From: an uncultured Alphaproteobacteria bacterium
GTDB lineage: Bacteria; Pseudomonadota; Alphaproteobacteria; Rs-D84
Direction of reading: 5' to 3'
Assembly: GCA_944392815.1 (NCBI GenBank)
Contig: CALXXY010000005.1
Coordinates: 1 to 47,306, forward strand
Length of the DNA stretch: 47,306 bases
In this document: in pieces, positions 28,454 through 36,721 of the stretch
Position numbering within the stretch: the stretch's first letter is position 1
Layout: each line of letters begins with the position of its first letter
The notes under the pieces: model-generated
What the model was told of the DNA's origin: nothing
Database searches by the model: none
What the model saw: the letters and a program-made list of their open reading frames with translations, nothing else
Position numbers and translations under genes: made by a program

Positions 28454-29766
28454 TGAGTTTATTAAAATCGATTTTTACCAAAATTATCGCCTTCGCAATT
28501 GCGACAATGGTTATCGTGCCCAATGCACTGGCGGTCACAGCCACCACCAATATGCCGGCGGCTGAAATTGGTGATTATGGGAATTGGTTGACACCGGAAA
28601 ACGTTGCGATGTTTAACGACAATATATCAGCCGACCTGTCGGAATTTCAGGCAGAATCACGCGCCGCGCAAAAGGTGCCTGATTATGTCCCGATCGAGGC
28701 CAAAGTTGGATTGGCGTTAATGAATGCGCTGTCGCGAATTTCGGATATTTTGGATTCATCGTTGGTGCGTTTTTCAATTATATTCATGATTATCGCATAT
28801 GCGTTTTGGATATTATTCGAAGCGTACAATATGATGTCCAAGGGCACGTCTGCGATGGATTTCGGGGTCGATGCAGTGAAAAAGGGTGCTGTTATCGCCA
28901 TATGGTCCATTGTGTTGGCGTTTGGTCCAGCGCAGATTTTCATGTGGGTTATGGGGCCAATTATTGGCGTGGCTGCATATTTGTCTGATTTGATATTAAA
29001 TGCCGTATCAAATGTCGCAGGATTTGAAATTCCGGACACATGTGCCGCTATACACGCATATACAGCCGCAAATATTTCAGAAAATATGATAATGGACGCC
29101 AAAACCGCGGGCGATTTATTGTGCGTGCCGACACGATTGTCCGGATTTTTTGCAACTGCGATTTCAGCGGGCTGGCAATGGTTGGTTGCAGGTATCGGCC
29201 ACAGCGCATTCACTATGTTGGTCGGCGCGATATTTATTGGCGTGTTTTTATATAACGGATTTAAATTTATGCTGATGGGGCTGGGGGTGGTTGTGGATTT
29301 ATTCCTGGGGGTGATGATGTTGCCTTTTACCGCCATCGCAGAAACATTGAAAAAAACATCGTACAGCGGTATCGCGGGCAGTATATTCAACGGATTTTTG
29401 GGGCTGTTCAATACACAATCTTTGGCCGATCAAATAAAGCGATTTGTAAATGCAGCGATTTATTTTGTATCGCTGTCCATGGTCATTGCTGTGTGCGCGG
29501 CATTGCTGTCGGGGGCTGTCACGGTTGATTTGGCGTCTGATGTTCCGACATTGGACAATGCGGGATTTGCGATAACATTGCTGACGGGGGTGTTGGTGGC
29601 GCACCTGGCCAAGCGCGCGGACGAAATTGCGAAAAAACTGGGTGGCAGCATAGACGCCAGTTTCGGCACAAAATTGGGCAGCGATATAACCAAACTGTGG
29701 AATGGCACAATTTCCAAAGGCAAACAATTAATCAAAGATATCCGCAGCAGCAAAAAAACTTCATAA
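28453..29766 (+). CDS. VirB6/TrbL-like polytopic membrane protein, paralog 5
   Basis: TAATG overlap; signal-like N-terminus; VVDLFLGVMMLPFTAIAETLKKT; AKRADEIAKKLGG. Confidence 0.7.
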   Translation: MSLLKSIFTKIIAFAIATMVIVPNALAVTATTNMPAAEIGDYGNWLTPENVAMFNDNISADLSEFQAESRAAQKVPDYVPIEAKVGLALMNALSRISDILDSSLVRFSIIFMIIAYAFWILFEAYNMMSKGTSAMDFGVDAVKKGAVIAIWSIVLAFGPAQIFMWVMGPIIGVAAYLSDLILNAVSNVAGFEIPDTCAAIHAYTAANISENMIMDAKTAGDLLCVPTRLSGFFATAISAGWQWLVAGIGHSAFTMLVGAIFIGVFLYNGFKFMLMGLGVVVDLFLGVMMLPFTAIAETLKKTSYSGIAGSIFNGFLGLFNTQSLADQIKRFVNAAIYFVSLSMVIAVCAALLSGAVTVDLASDVPTLDNAGFAITLLTGVLVAHLAKRADEIAKKLGGSIDASFGTKLGSDITKLWNGTISKGKQLIKDIRSSKKTS

Positions 29767-29767
29767 C

Positions 29768-29796
29768 AAAAAAAATCCGCCATATGGCGGATTTTT
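29768..29796. terminator. Bidirectional terminator
   Basis: AAAAAAAATCCGCC-ATAT-GGCGGATTTTT between convergent genes. Confidence 0.85.
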
Positions 29797-31924
29797 AATC
29801 AACAAATTTGATGTAATTACGTGCGACCTTTTTAATTCCGCGGGCACGAAAGGCCACGGTTAAAATATCCCCATTTTCTTCTATGACCACACCACGGCCC
29901 ATTTCATCGTGTTCCACCAATCGCCCAACAATGGATTTATTTTGTGCCGTGGCGGCGGTGGCAGTGCGACGATTTTGTGTGCGCGTATACTGCCCCCCAT
30001 GCGGACGATTATATGTATCAACATGACGCGATGCATATGATTGCGGGGCACCGCCCTGGAAATCCAGAAATTGATTATCCATTTCGGTGATAAATCGGCT
30101 GGGGGAATTATATTGGCGATTGCCAAACACCATACGCGACATAGCGTTTATTATTATCGCACGACGACGGGCGCGCGTGATTGCAACATATGCCAGGCGG
30201 CGTTCTTCCTCTAGTCCGCCGGACTGTACGGCCATGTCGTTGGGGAATATGCCCTCTTCCCAGGCGGGCAGGAACACGGTATCGAATTCCAATCCCTTGG
30301 CCGCATGAATTGTCATAATGCTGACCGCGTCTGTGGCGGGATTTGCGTCATCTGAATCATTATCATCGGTCATCATCAATGCCGCATGTTCCAAAAATTC
30401 AGGCAATGTATCATATTTACCGATAACGTTGTTTATTAATTCACGAATGTTGTCCAAACGATCCGGGGCGTCTGTATCCCTGGATTCGCGCCACATTTGA
30501 ATATATCCAGTGTTATCCAACAATTTTTGTGCCGCGTCCACAGGCGACATGGCCGCCCAATCAAAATCAAACGCATTCAAAAAAGCGTCCCCGGCAATAC
30601 GCTGTTTTGCAGACAATTGCGCGTGGCGCAACCCGTCCATTAAATTTTGACCTGCGCCCTGCAATTTGGCAATCGCAGACGGCCCAAACCCACGACGCGG
30701 CCGCCCAATCACACGCAGAAAAGATATATCATCAAACGGGTATACGAGCAAACGCAAATACGCAATCGCGTCACGAATTTCTGCGCGGTCATAGAATTTG
30801 GTTGCACCGATTAATTTATACGGTATGCCACGTGATGTAAATTCTTCTTCGAACAGGCGCGACAAAGACCCGGCGCGAATCAATACCGCGAAATTAGAAT
30901 ACGGTGCGGCGGGGGTATCGCGCAAAATAACGTCCGCAACCAGGTGCGCTTCGTCAAAATCGGACGGCACAGTCAATACATATACCGGTTCGCCGGCCGC
31001 CATATTTGGCACTGTGTGTAAATCTTTGCCCAGGCGCCCCGTGTTATGCCGAATTAATGAATTGGCCGCCCCCAATATGTTTGGTGTACTGCGATAATTT
31101 GTTTCCAGGCGAATGATTTTTGCATTCGGGAAAGTTTTTTCGAAATTCAAAATATTTTTAATTTCTGCGCCGCGCCATGAATAAATCGATTGGTCATCAT
31201 CGCCAACACAACAAATATTCGGATTTTCAATCCCACGCGTCAGCATTTGTAAAAATTGCATTTGTGCGGCGTTGGTGTCCTGGAATTCATCAACCATGAT
31301 ATATTTAAATTGCCGCTGATATCGCGCCAGAATGTCTGGGAATGCGTCAAACAATTGCAGCACGCGTAATATTATATCCCCAAAATCAACCGCCCCCATG
31401 CGTGCCAATTCCGCGTTATATGCGTTTAATATTTTCAGCGCCACAGATGATGTTTGTGCATCGCTGTGCAGACCTTTGTCCTTTATCGCGGAAATGCGTT
31501 CGACCCAATCAGCGGGATTAAAATCTTTGATATCCAATCCCATATTGCCCAGCACGTTTTTCAGGACTGTTTTTTGTTCATCTTCACCGTATATCAGAAA
31601 ATCGCGACGCAATCCGGCCGCGTCCGCATTGGCGCGCAATATACGCAAACAAATTGAATGAAATGTACCACACCATACATCAGTGGCATACCACGATGTG
31701 CCGTCTGAAAACGCTGCCAGTCGTGATTTCATTTCGTTAGCGGCCTTGTTCGTGAATGTCAGGGCCAAAACCTGCCACGGTAATGCCAGCGCATTATTCA
31801 ATATATACGCCACACGCGTGGTCAATACACGCGTTTTGCCCGTCCCCGCCCCAGACAACACCAACAGCGGGCCCGACGTAGTTTCGACAGCCAATTTTTG
31901 TTCGGGATTAAGATTTTCTAGCAT
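29795..31924 (-). CDS. uvrD: UvrD/PcrA superfamily 1 DNA helicase
   Basis: SGAGTGKT, TFTNKAA, VDEFQDTN, VGDDDQSIY, NYRST, TIHAAKGLEF, EERRLAYVAITRA. Confidence 0.95.
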   Translation of the reverse strand: MLENLNPEQKLAVETTSGPLLVLSGAGTGKTRVLTTRVAYILNNALALPWQVLALTFTNKAANEMKSRLAAFSDGTSWYATDVWCGTFHSICLRILRANADAAGLRRDFLIYGEDEQKTVLKNVLGNMGLDIKDFNPADWVERISAIKDKGLHSDAQTSSVALKILNAYNAELARMGAVDFGDIILRVLQLFDAFPDILARYQRQFKYIMVDEFQDTNAAQMQFLQMLTRGIENPNICCVGDDDQSIYSWRGAEIKNILNFEKTFPNAKIIRLETNYRSTPNILGAANSLIRHNTGRLGKDLHTVPNMAAGEPVYVLTVPSDFDEAHLVADVILRDTPAAPYSNFAVLIRAGSLSRLFEEEFTSRGIPYKLIGATKFYDRAEIRDAIAYLRLLVYPFDDISFLRVIGRPRRGFGPSAIAKLQGAGQNLMDGLRHAQLSAKQRIAGDAFLNAFDFDWAAMSPVDAAQKLLDNTGYIQMWRESRDTDAPDRLDNIRELINNVIGKYDTLPEFLEHAALMMTDDNDSDDANPATDAVSIMTIHAAKGLEFDTVFLPAWEEGIFPNDMAVQSGGLEEERRLAYVAITRARRRAIIINAMSRMVFGNRQYNSPSRFITEMDNQFLDFQGGAPQSYASRHVDTYNRPHGGQYTRTQNRRTATAATAQNKSIVGRLVEHDEMGRGVVIEENGDILTVAFRARGIKKVARNYIKFVD

Positions 31925-31996
31925 TAAATTCACCATCGCATTATAATACACAAACGAAACTTTACAAAACTATATTTTTTCAAACAGGGACGGGAA

Positions 31997-32674
31997 ATGG
32001 GGCGTGTTATTTGTTTTGATATTGAAACGACTGGACTGGAATATATGCGGGGCGACCGCTGTATTGAAATCGGCGCGGTCGAAATGATAGATGGCGTAAT
32101 TACAGATAACACTTTTCATGAATATATTAATCCAGACGGGAAAATTATTCCGCCCGATTCGTATATGGTTCATAAAATTTCAAATGCTTTTTTGGAAGAC
32201 AAACCCAAAATGGCCGTTGTTGCACCACGTTTTTTGGAATTTATTGGTGACAGTCCGATTGTCGCGCATAATGGGCTGGATTTTGACTTTCCATTTATTA
32301 ATCATGAATTGCGGTTGGTGGGACTGCCTGAAATTCCACGCAGCCAGCAATTTGATTCCATTGTGATTGCACGCAATCGTGTGTTTGGTCCCAAAAGTTA
32401 TTCACTGGACGCACTGGCCAAATGGTATGGGATATCGTTAACAGCACGTGCGGACGCACACGGCGCATTGATTGACGCGGAAATATTGGCCAAGGTTTAC
32501 AAAGAATTGGAAAACACTGCCCCTGCCCCCGATGTGTCTGAAATAATTACAAAACAGCATGCTGATTTTTTAAATCACCCAAAAATTGGTGCAAATTTTC
32601 CGCATCGCGAATTTCCGCCGCACCCGGACGAATTGAATGCACATAATGAATTTATGGAAAAAATTACCGCATAA
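31997..32674 (+). CDS. dnaQ: DNA polymerase III epsilon subunit (DEDDh exonuclease)
   Basis: FDIETTG, IEIGAVE, AHNGLDFD, HGALIDAEILAKVY. Confidence 0.93.
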   Translation: MGRVICFDIETTGLEYMRGDRCIEIGAVEMIDGVITDNTFHEYINPDGKIIPPDSYMVHKISNAFLEDKPKMAVVAPRFLEFIGDSPIVAHNGLDFDFPFINHELRLVGLPEIPRSQQFDSIVIARNRVFGPKSYSLDALAKWYGISLTARADAHGALIDAEILAKVYKELENTAPAPDVSEIITKQHADFLNHPKIGANFPHREFPPHPDELNAHNEFMEKITA

Positions 32675-32706
32675 TAAAACGCCATTTACATGGCGTTTTA
32701 TTTTTT
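32673..32706. terminator. Bidirectional terminator
   Basis: AATAAAACGCCAT-TTAC-ATGGCGTTTTATT. Confidence 0.8.
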
Positions 32707-35050
32707 AATTCGTTGTTTGTTCCACACATACACCATTGGAATCCTTGACAAAGCCCGTTTTACATGTACATGTGCCATTAATATACGACCCATTTTCGCA
32801 TTTTACATAGCAGTATGCACCAACGGGCTCGTACCCATTTATGCAGCGGCACATTTCGTTTGTGCATTCGCCATTACCGGCTTCGCAGGTGTTATCGTAC
32901 ACTGAATTATCCGGACACAGCAATGATTGATAGAACATTTCCGAAATTCCTTCTATACAGGCCTCTGGTTTATCTGGGCTGCATTCAGATGTTGTATCGC
33001 CGTCAAACACGGCATAGGCACATGTTAACGCCACATTGCGGCACGCGCCACGCATAACGTTGTAAATGCTGCCTACACTGGCGCTGGACGTCCATGAATT
33101 AACCTGGGTCACCTGTTGATTATAACATGTGGCAACGTCCAATATGCAGTTCGATGAATAATCCGATATAATCTGGCTTTGGGCGGCACGGATATTCACC
33201 ATAGCGCGCTGGACATAATTCAAAACAACGTCATTGTACGGCAAATAGTTTCCATTATCATCATATGTGTATGCCTGGCATTTATCCAGCACGGCACGGC
33301 ACAGACCTTCGTCGGTCACATCTTGCTTCGTACCGATTTTCTGCAATAAATATTTCGCGACACAACGGCCATCGTCGCCGGCATCGGCACAGTATGTTTC
33401 GTCCAATGTCGTGCTGGCGCCGTATGCGTCCTCGAGATATTTCTTGTCAATTGTGGCATTGTTATAATCCGCCATAAAATCGGTAATGTCTGTAATATCC
33501 TGGCCCAGGACAACTTCGCCATTTTCATCGATATAGCGTTTGGTTGGGTCCAGACATTTTGTATATCCCTCGCCACAGACCATTTCGTCGGTCATGCATG
33601 TATCCAACGCCGCGATACAGCCCTTGGCATCGTATTGATTTTTGTTTTGCATGACGGCCAGGCGCGCTTTCTGCAACATCAGGTTCGCACTGCGCACATT
33701 GGACACCAATGTGTCGTTCATTTTTGACAATCCCTGTTCATACGCAATGCAATCGCGATCAACGGCCAAATCATAGTTAGCCGTGATTTGATCGATGTTG
33801 GCGCCGGCGGCCTCGCACTCGTTCAAAATTGTTTTGCAGCGATTTTTGGCGGCGTTATATAAACTGGTTCCGCGCAGATTTGAAAAACTGGTTGTGCCGG
33901 TGTTCAGAAAATCCAAACTGAACATATCCGCCACATTGGACGAAAAATCCAAATTCATATCCAGCCCAAATGATGTCGACGTCGACGAATACGATGATGT
34001 TGCGGTTGATGGATCGCGGATTAATTCTTCGATTTCGTCCAACATACTGCGGGTTTCAGATGTATCGCGCGCACCGGACAGGGCTTCTTCGGCCTCGGTC
34101 TCGTTCATAATGGCACGGATTTCATCGGCCGACAGCCCGACATAGCGAATACGTTGGGCAACCTCGTTCAACTGGTTGTTGGCGCTGGTGACGGCCTCTT
34201 CTACGTCGGCATAATCAGACAGATTGGCGGAACATGAACAGCGCCCCTGATTGGAATCAATAACATTACAGAATTGATCCATGCAATCATTATATTGCTG
34301 TTGACATGACGAATTTAAATCTGTGGTTAATTGCATGCGTTCGGTGGCCTCGGCAATTGATTCGGCCGTGGGCGTGACAGTGGCCGCACGTGATTGAACG
34401 CCACGAATTTGTTCGTCTATGTTCGAACCAGTTTGAATATCGGTGCCGGCAATGGTGGCGCGACCGCCAACCTCGGCCGTGGACGGGCGCAGTGTTAATC
34501 CCGCACGGCGTACCGCCGGATTATTATTCACACTGGCGGATTGAACGCGCGCATTACGGCCAACTGTATTGACCGTTGCGGTTAAATTTTCACGCGCAGT
34601 ATTTGTATGTCCAGATTGCGTGGCACTGGCGCGGGATACGTTGCCCGTACTGGCCACAGTATTGGACGGGCCACGCGGCGTTGATGTCGGCGCGGCATCG
34701 CCCAAATTCAATACACGACCGCCCACACGCACGACATCTGAATTATTAACGCCGGTTGCGGTGGTGGCACTGCGACTGACGACATTGCGTGTTGTTGCGT
34801 CACGCGCAGTGGTGGCCACAGTGTCCGAATTGTTTGCGGAATTTGTCACAGATGTTCCGGCGGCCGGCGTCGTCACACGCGATACAGACGCACGCGACAC
34901 AGTATTCGCCGTGGCACGCGATGTGGCCGTGGTTGTGGTGTCTGAATTATTTGACGGAATAACGCGCGATATAGCAAAAGCCCCGCCGTCGGCAAAAACC
35001 AACGGTACTGCGACCGCTATCAGAAAAAAGCACAGGGGCAATCTTCTCAT
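32705..35050 (-). CDS. Large exported Cys-rich helical protein with T/S/A/R-rich N-terminal stalk and EGF-like C-terminus (paralog of 36720-38921)
   Basis: Signal peptide; CQQQYNDCMDQFC...RCSCS; C-terminal CRCINGY...CTCKTGF. Confidence 0.88.
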   Translation of the reverse strand: MRRLPLCFFLIAVAVPLVFADGGAFAISRVIPSNNSDTTTTATSRATANTVSRASVSRVTTPAAGTSVTNSANNSDTVATTARDATTRNVVSRSATTATGVNNSDVVRVGGRVLNLGDAAPTSTPRGPSNTVASTGNVSRASATQSGHTNTARENLTATVNTVGRNARVQSASVNNNPAVRRAGLTLRPSTAEVGGRATIAGTDIQTGSNIDEQIRGVQSRAATVTPTAESIAEATERMQLTTDLNSSCQQQYNDCMDQFCNVIDSNQGRCSCSANLSDYADVEEAVTSANNQLNEVAQRIRYVGLSADEIRAIMNETEAEEALSGARDTSETRSMLDEIEELIRDPSTATSSYSSTSTSFGLDMNLDFSSNVADMFSLDFLNTGTTSFSNLRGTSLYNAAKNRCKTILNECEAAGANIDQITANYDLAVDRDCIAYEQGLSKMNDTLVSNVRSANLMLQKARLAVMQNKNQYDAKGCIAALDTCMTDEMVCGEGYTKCLDPTKRYIDENGEVVLGQDITDITDFMADYNNATIDKKYLEDAYGASTTLDETYCADAGDDGRCVAKYLLQKIGTKQDVTDEGLCRAVLDKCQAYTYDDNGNYLPYNDVVLNYVQRAMVNIRAAQSQIISDYSSNCILDVATCYNQQVTQVNSWTSSASVGSIYNVMRGACRNVALTCAYAVFDGDTTSECSPDKPEACIEGISEMFYQSLLCPDNSVYDNTCEAGNGECTNEMCRCINGYEPVGAYCYVKCENGSYINGTCTCKTGFVKDSNGVCVEQTTN

Positions 35051-35168
35051 CTATTTCTTTTGATTATATCACAACTGGCTGCGCGTGAAAAGATGAAAAT
35101 GCGCGATAGCGGTCAATAATATATGCGATGGGCATTTTGGTGTGGCGCTGGTCGGGTGCTTTATTCCC

Positions 35169-35240
35169 TGTCATTGCGAAGGAGTACGGTCAACGTTGAA
35201 AACATTGGTGTGCGACTGTGACGCTTTGCCCGCGATGACA
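35169..35240. repeat. Internally deleted copy of palindromic element A
   Basis: TGTCATTGCGAAGGAGTACG...CGACTGTG|ACGCTTTGCCCGCGATGACA matches both ends of 9727-9860. Confidence 0.85.
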
Positions 35241-35243
35241 GGG

Positions 35244-35277
35244 GGGGGTAAGTGCGTATTCTTGAATTCTCTGCCCC
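35244..35277 (+). repeat. 34-nt motif M, copy 2
   Basis: GGGGGTAAGTGCGTATTCTTGAATTCTCTGCCCC. Confidence 0.85.
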
Positions 35278-35363
35278 ACCCCCCGTCGCGCAAGGCGCGC
35301 CACCCCCCGCCCCCACAGGGTGCGGTGGGCATTCGGGTGCGATGATGGGCGGGCATATTCTCC

Positions 35364-35551
35364 CCTGTCATTCCCGCGCCCGGGGTTCCCGCAAACACGA
35401 ATGTGTTTGTGGGGTGGATAAGGCGGGAATAGGGTCTATTAAATTTGTATCGCAGATTTTGTAATAATAAAAATACAACGCAGAATTATTCCCCAAATTA
35501 AATAACTAATAACAACCCAAGCCCTATTCCCGCCTGCGCGGGAATGACAGG
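35364..35551. repeat. Palindromic element A' (CCTGTCATTCCCGCG...GGCGGGAATAGGG / CCCTATTCCCGCC...CGCGGGAATGACAGG)
   Basis: Inverted arms of the ATTCCC...GGGAAT type around an AT-rich spacer. Confidence 0.85.
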
Positions 35552-35555
35552 TTAT

Positions 35556-35698
35556 GGGAGTAAGTGCGTATTCTTGTAATCTCTGACCACCCCGGCACTT
35601 CGTGCCACCCCTCCAATGGAGGGGAACTTTATTCCGCGACGGGACGAAGGCCAAGTTCCCCTCTGCGGAGGGGTGCCGGCTATGCCGGCGGGGTGGTC
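35556..35698 (+). repeat. Motif M copy 3 plus palindromic element B (ACCACCCC..CCCCTCC..GGAGGGGAACT...AGTTCCCCTC..GGGGTGGT)
   Basis: Direct-repeat partner at 36494-36670, including identical core CGCGACGGGACGAAGGCCAAGTTCCCCTCTGCGGAGGGG. Confidence 0.9.
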
Positions 35699-35737
35699 AT
35701 TGTACCGGCAGTGGGCATTATTTGCACTCTGCACGAT

Positions 35738-35770
35738 AATAAAAAACGGGGCGGGGCCCCGTTTTTTATT
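35738..35770 (-). terminator. Terminator of rplU-rpmA
   Basis: AATAAAAAACGGGGC-GGG-GCCCCGTTTTTTATT. Confidence 0.8.
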
Positions 35771-36032
35771 TTGCTTCGTCTTCTGGTATGACGGAAACTG
35801 TTTTCCGATCGCCCAGACCACGTTTGAATTTCACAACGCCCGCAATTTTCGCGAACAGTGTGTGATCCTTGCCCATGCCGACGTTCAGGCCGGGGTGCAC
35901 AGATGTGCCACGCTGACGAATGATGATGTTGCCAGGAATGACACGGCTGCCGCCGGATTTTTTAACACCCAAACGACGTCCCGCGGAATCGCGTCCGTTG
36001 GTGGTTGCCGAACCTGCTTTCTTGTGTGCCAT
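35766..36032 (-). CDS. rpmA: 50S ribosomal protein L27
   Basis: [25 protein letters not shown]...[10 protein letters not shown]...DHTLFA. Confidence 0.98.
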   Translation of the reverse strand: MAHKKAGSATTNGRDSAGRRLGVKKSGGSRVIPGNIIIRQRGTSVHPGLNVGMGKDHTLFAKIAGVVKFKRGLGDRKTVSVIPEDEAK

Positions 36033-36057
36033 AATTAAACTCCTTCATATCCGGGGA

Positions 36058-36357
36058 TTAGCCCTTGATTTCTGTAATTTTCAACACAGTGATATACTGG
36101 CGATGGCCGCGTGTGCGACGATAGTTTTGACGGCGTTTTTTCTTGAACACCAAAACTTTGTCACCACGTTTTTGTTCCACAACCTGGGCCACGACGCGCG
36201 CGCCGTCGATGAACGGTGTGCCGATTTTGTCGTCCAGCATTAAAACCTGGTCAAATTCGACCGTGCCGTCGGCGTTCAGGCGTTCAACCTTTACAATGTC
36301 GCCCGTTTTCACGCGATATTGTTTGCCGCCGGTTTGAAAGATTGCAATATTGCTCAT
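36058..36357 (-). CDS. rplU: 50S ribosomal protein L21
   Basis: [12 protein letters not shown]...[18 protein letters not shown]. Confidence 0.98.
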   Translation of the reverse strand: MSNIAIFQTGGKQYRVKTGDIVKVERLNADGTVEFDQVLMLDDKIGTPFIDGARVVAQVVEQKRGDKVLVFKKKRRQNYRRTRGHRQYITVLKITEIKG

Positions 36358-36493
36358 GTGTCTTTCTCTTGTTGTTGTTCTTGTTCAGATTTGTTCAAAA
36401 GTTTCTACAAAAGTATCATTTTTTTATCAAAAGTCAAGTGTTTTGCATAAAATTTTCAACAAAACACAAAAATAACAAGGCGGGAGGACAATG

Positions 36494-36670
36494 GGGAGTA
36501 AGTGCGGTTTCTTGAATTCTCTAACCACCCCGGGCTGCGCCCACCCCTCCAATGGAGGGGAACTGGCTGCGCGACGGGACGAAGGCCAAGTTCCCCTCTG
36601 CGGAGGGGCGGCGGCGCTTCGGGCCCCGCGAAAATGCAATTTTCGTGGGTGATAAGCCGGCGGGGTGGTC
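36494..36670 (+). repeat. Motif M copy 4 plus palindromic element B copy 2 (with nested hairpin)
   Basis: Near-identical to 35556-35698 apart from an insertion at about 36615-36656. Confidence 0.9.
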
Positions 36671-36693
36671 AATAATTAATGTACGATTATTGT

Positions 36694-36721
36694 AAAAAAC
36701 GCCCCGACGGGGCGTTTTTTT
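36694..36721 (-). terminator. Terminator of 36720-38921
   Basis: AAAAAACGCCCC-GAC-GGGGCGTTTTTT. Confidence 0.85.

Noticed and set aside
23173-29766. Conjugative element or ICE
   Set aside because: No relaxase, coupling protein, VirB4, integrase or oriT-like context; flanked by rpmE and uvrD
35142-35821. Short ORFs in the repeat region (also 36427-36757)
   Set aside because: They are translations of palindromic repeats; the shared peptide PPQRGTWPSSRR just reflects element B
35244-36527. Motif M copies as a CRISPR array
   Set aside because: Repeat length fits, but spacing is irregular (about 310 and 940 bp, plus one copy 25 kb away), the intervals are palindromes or ribosomal genes, and no cas genes are present
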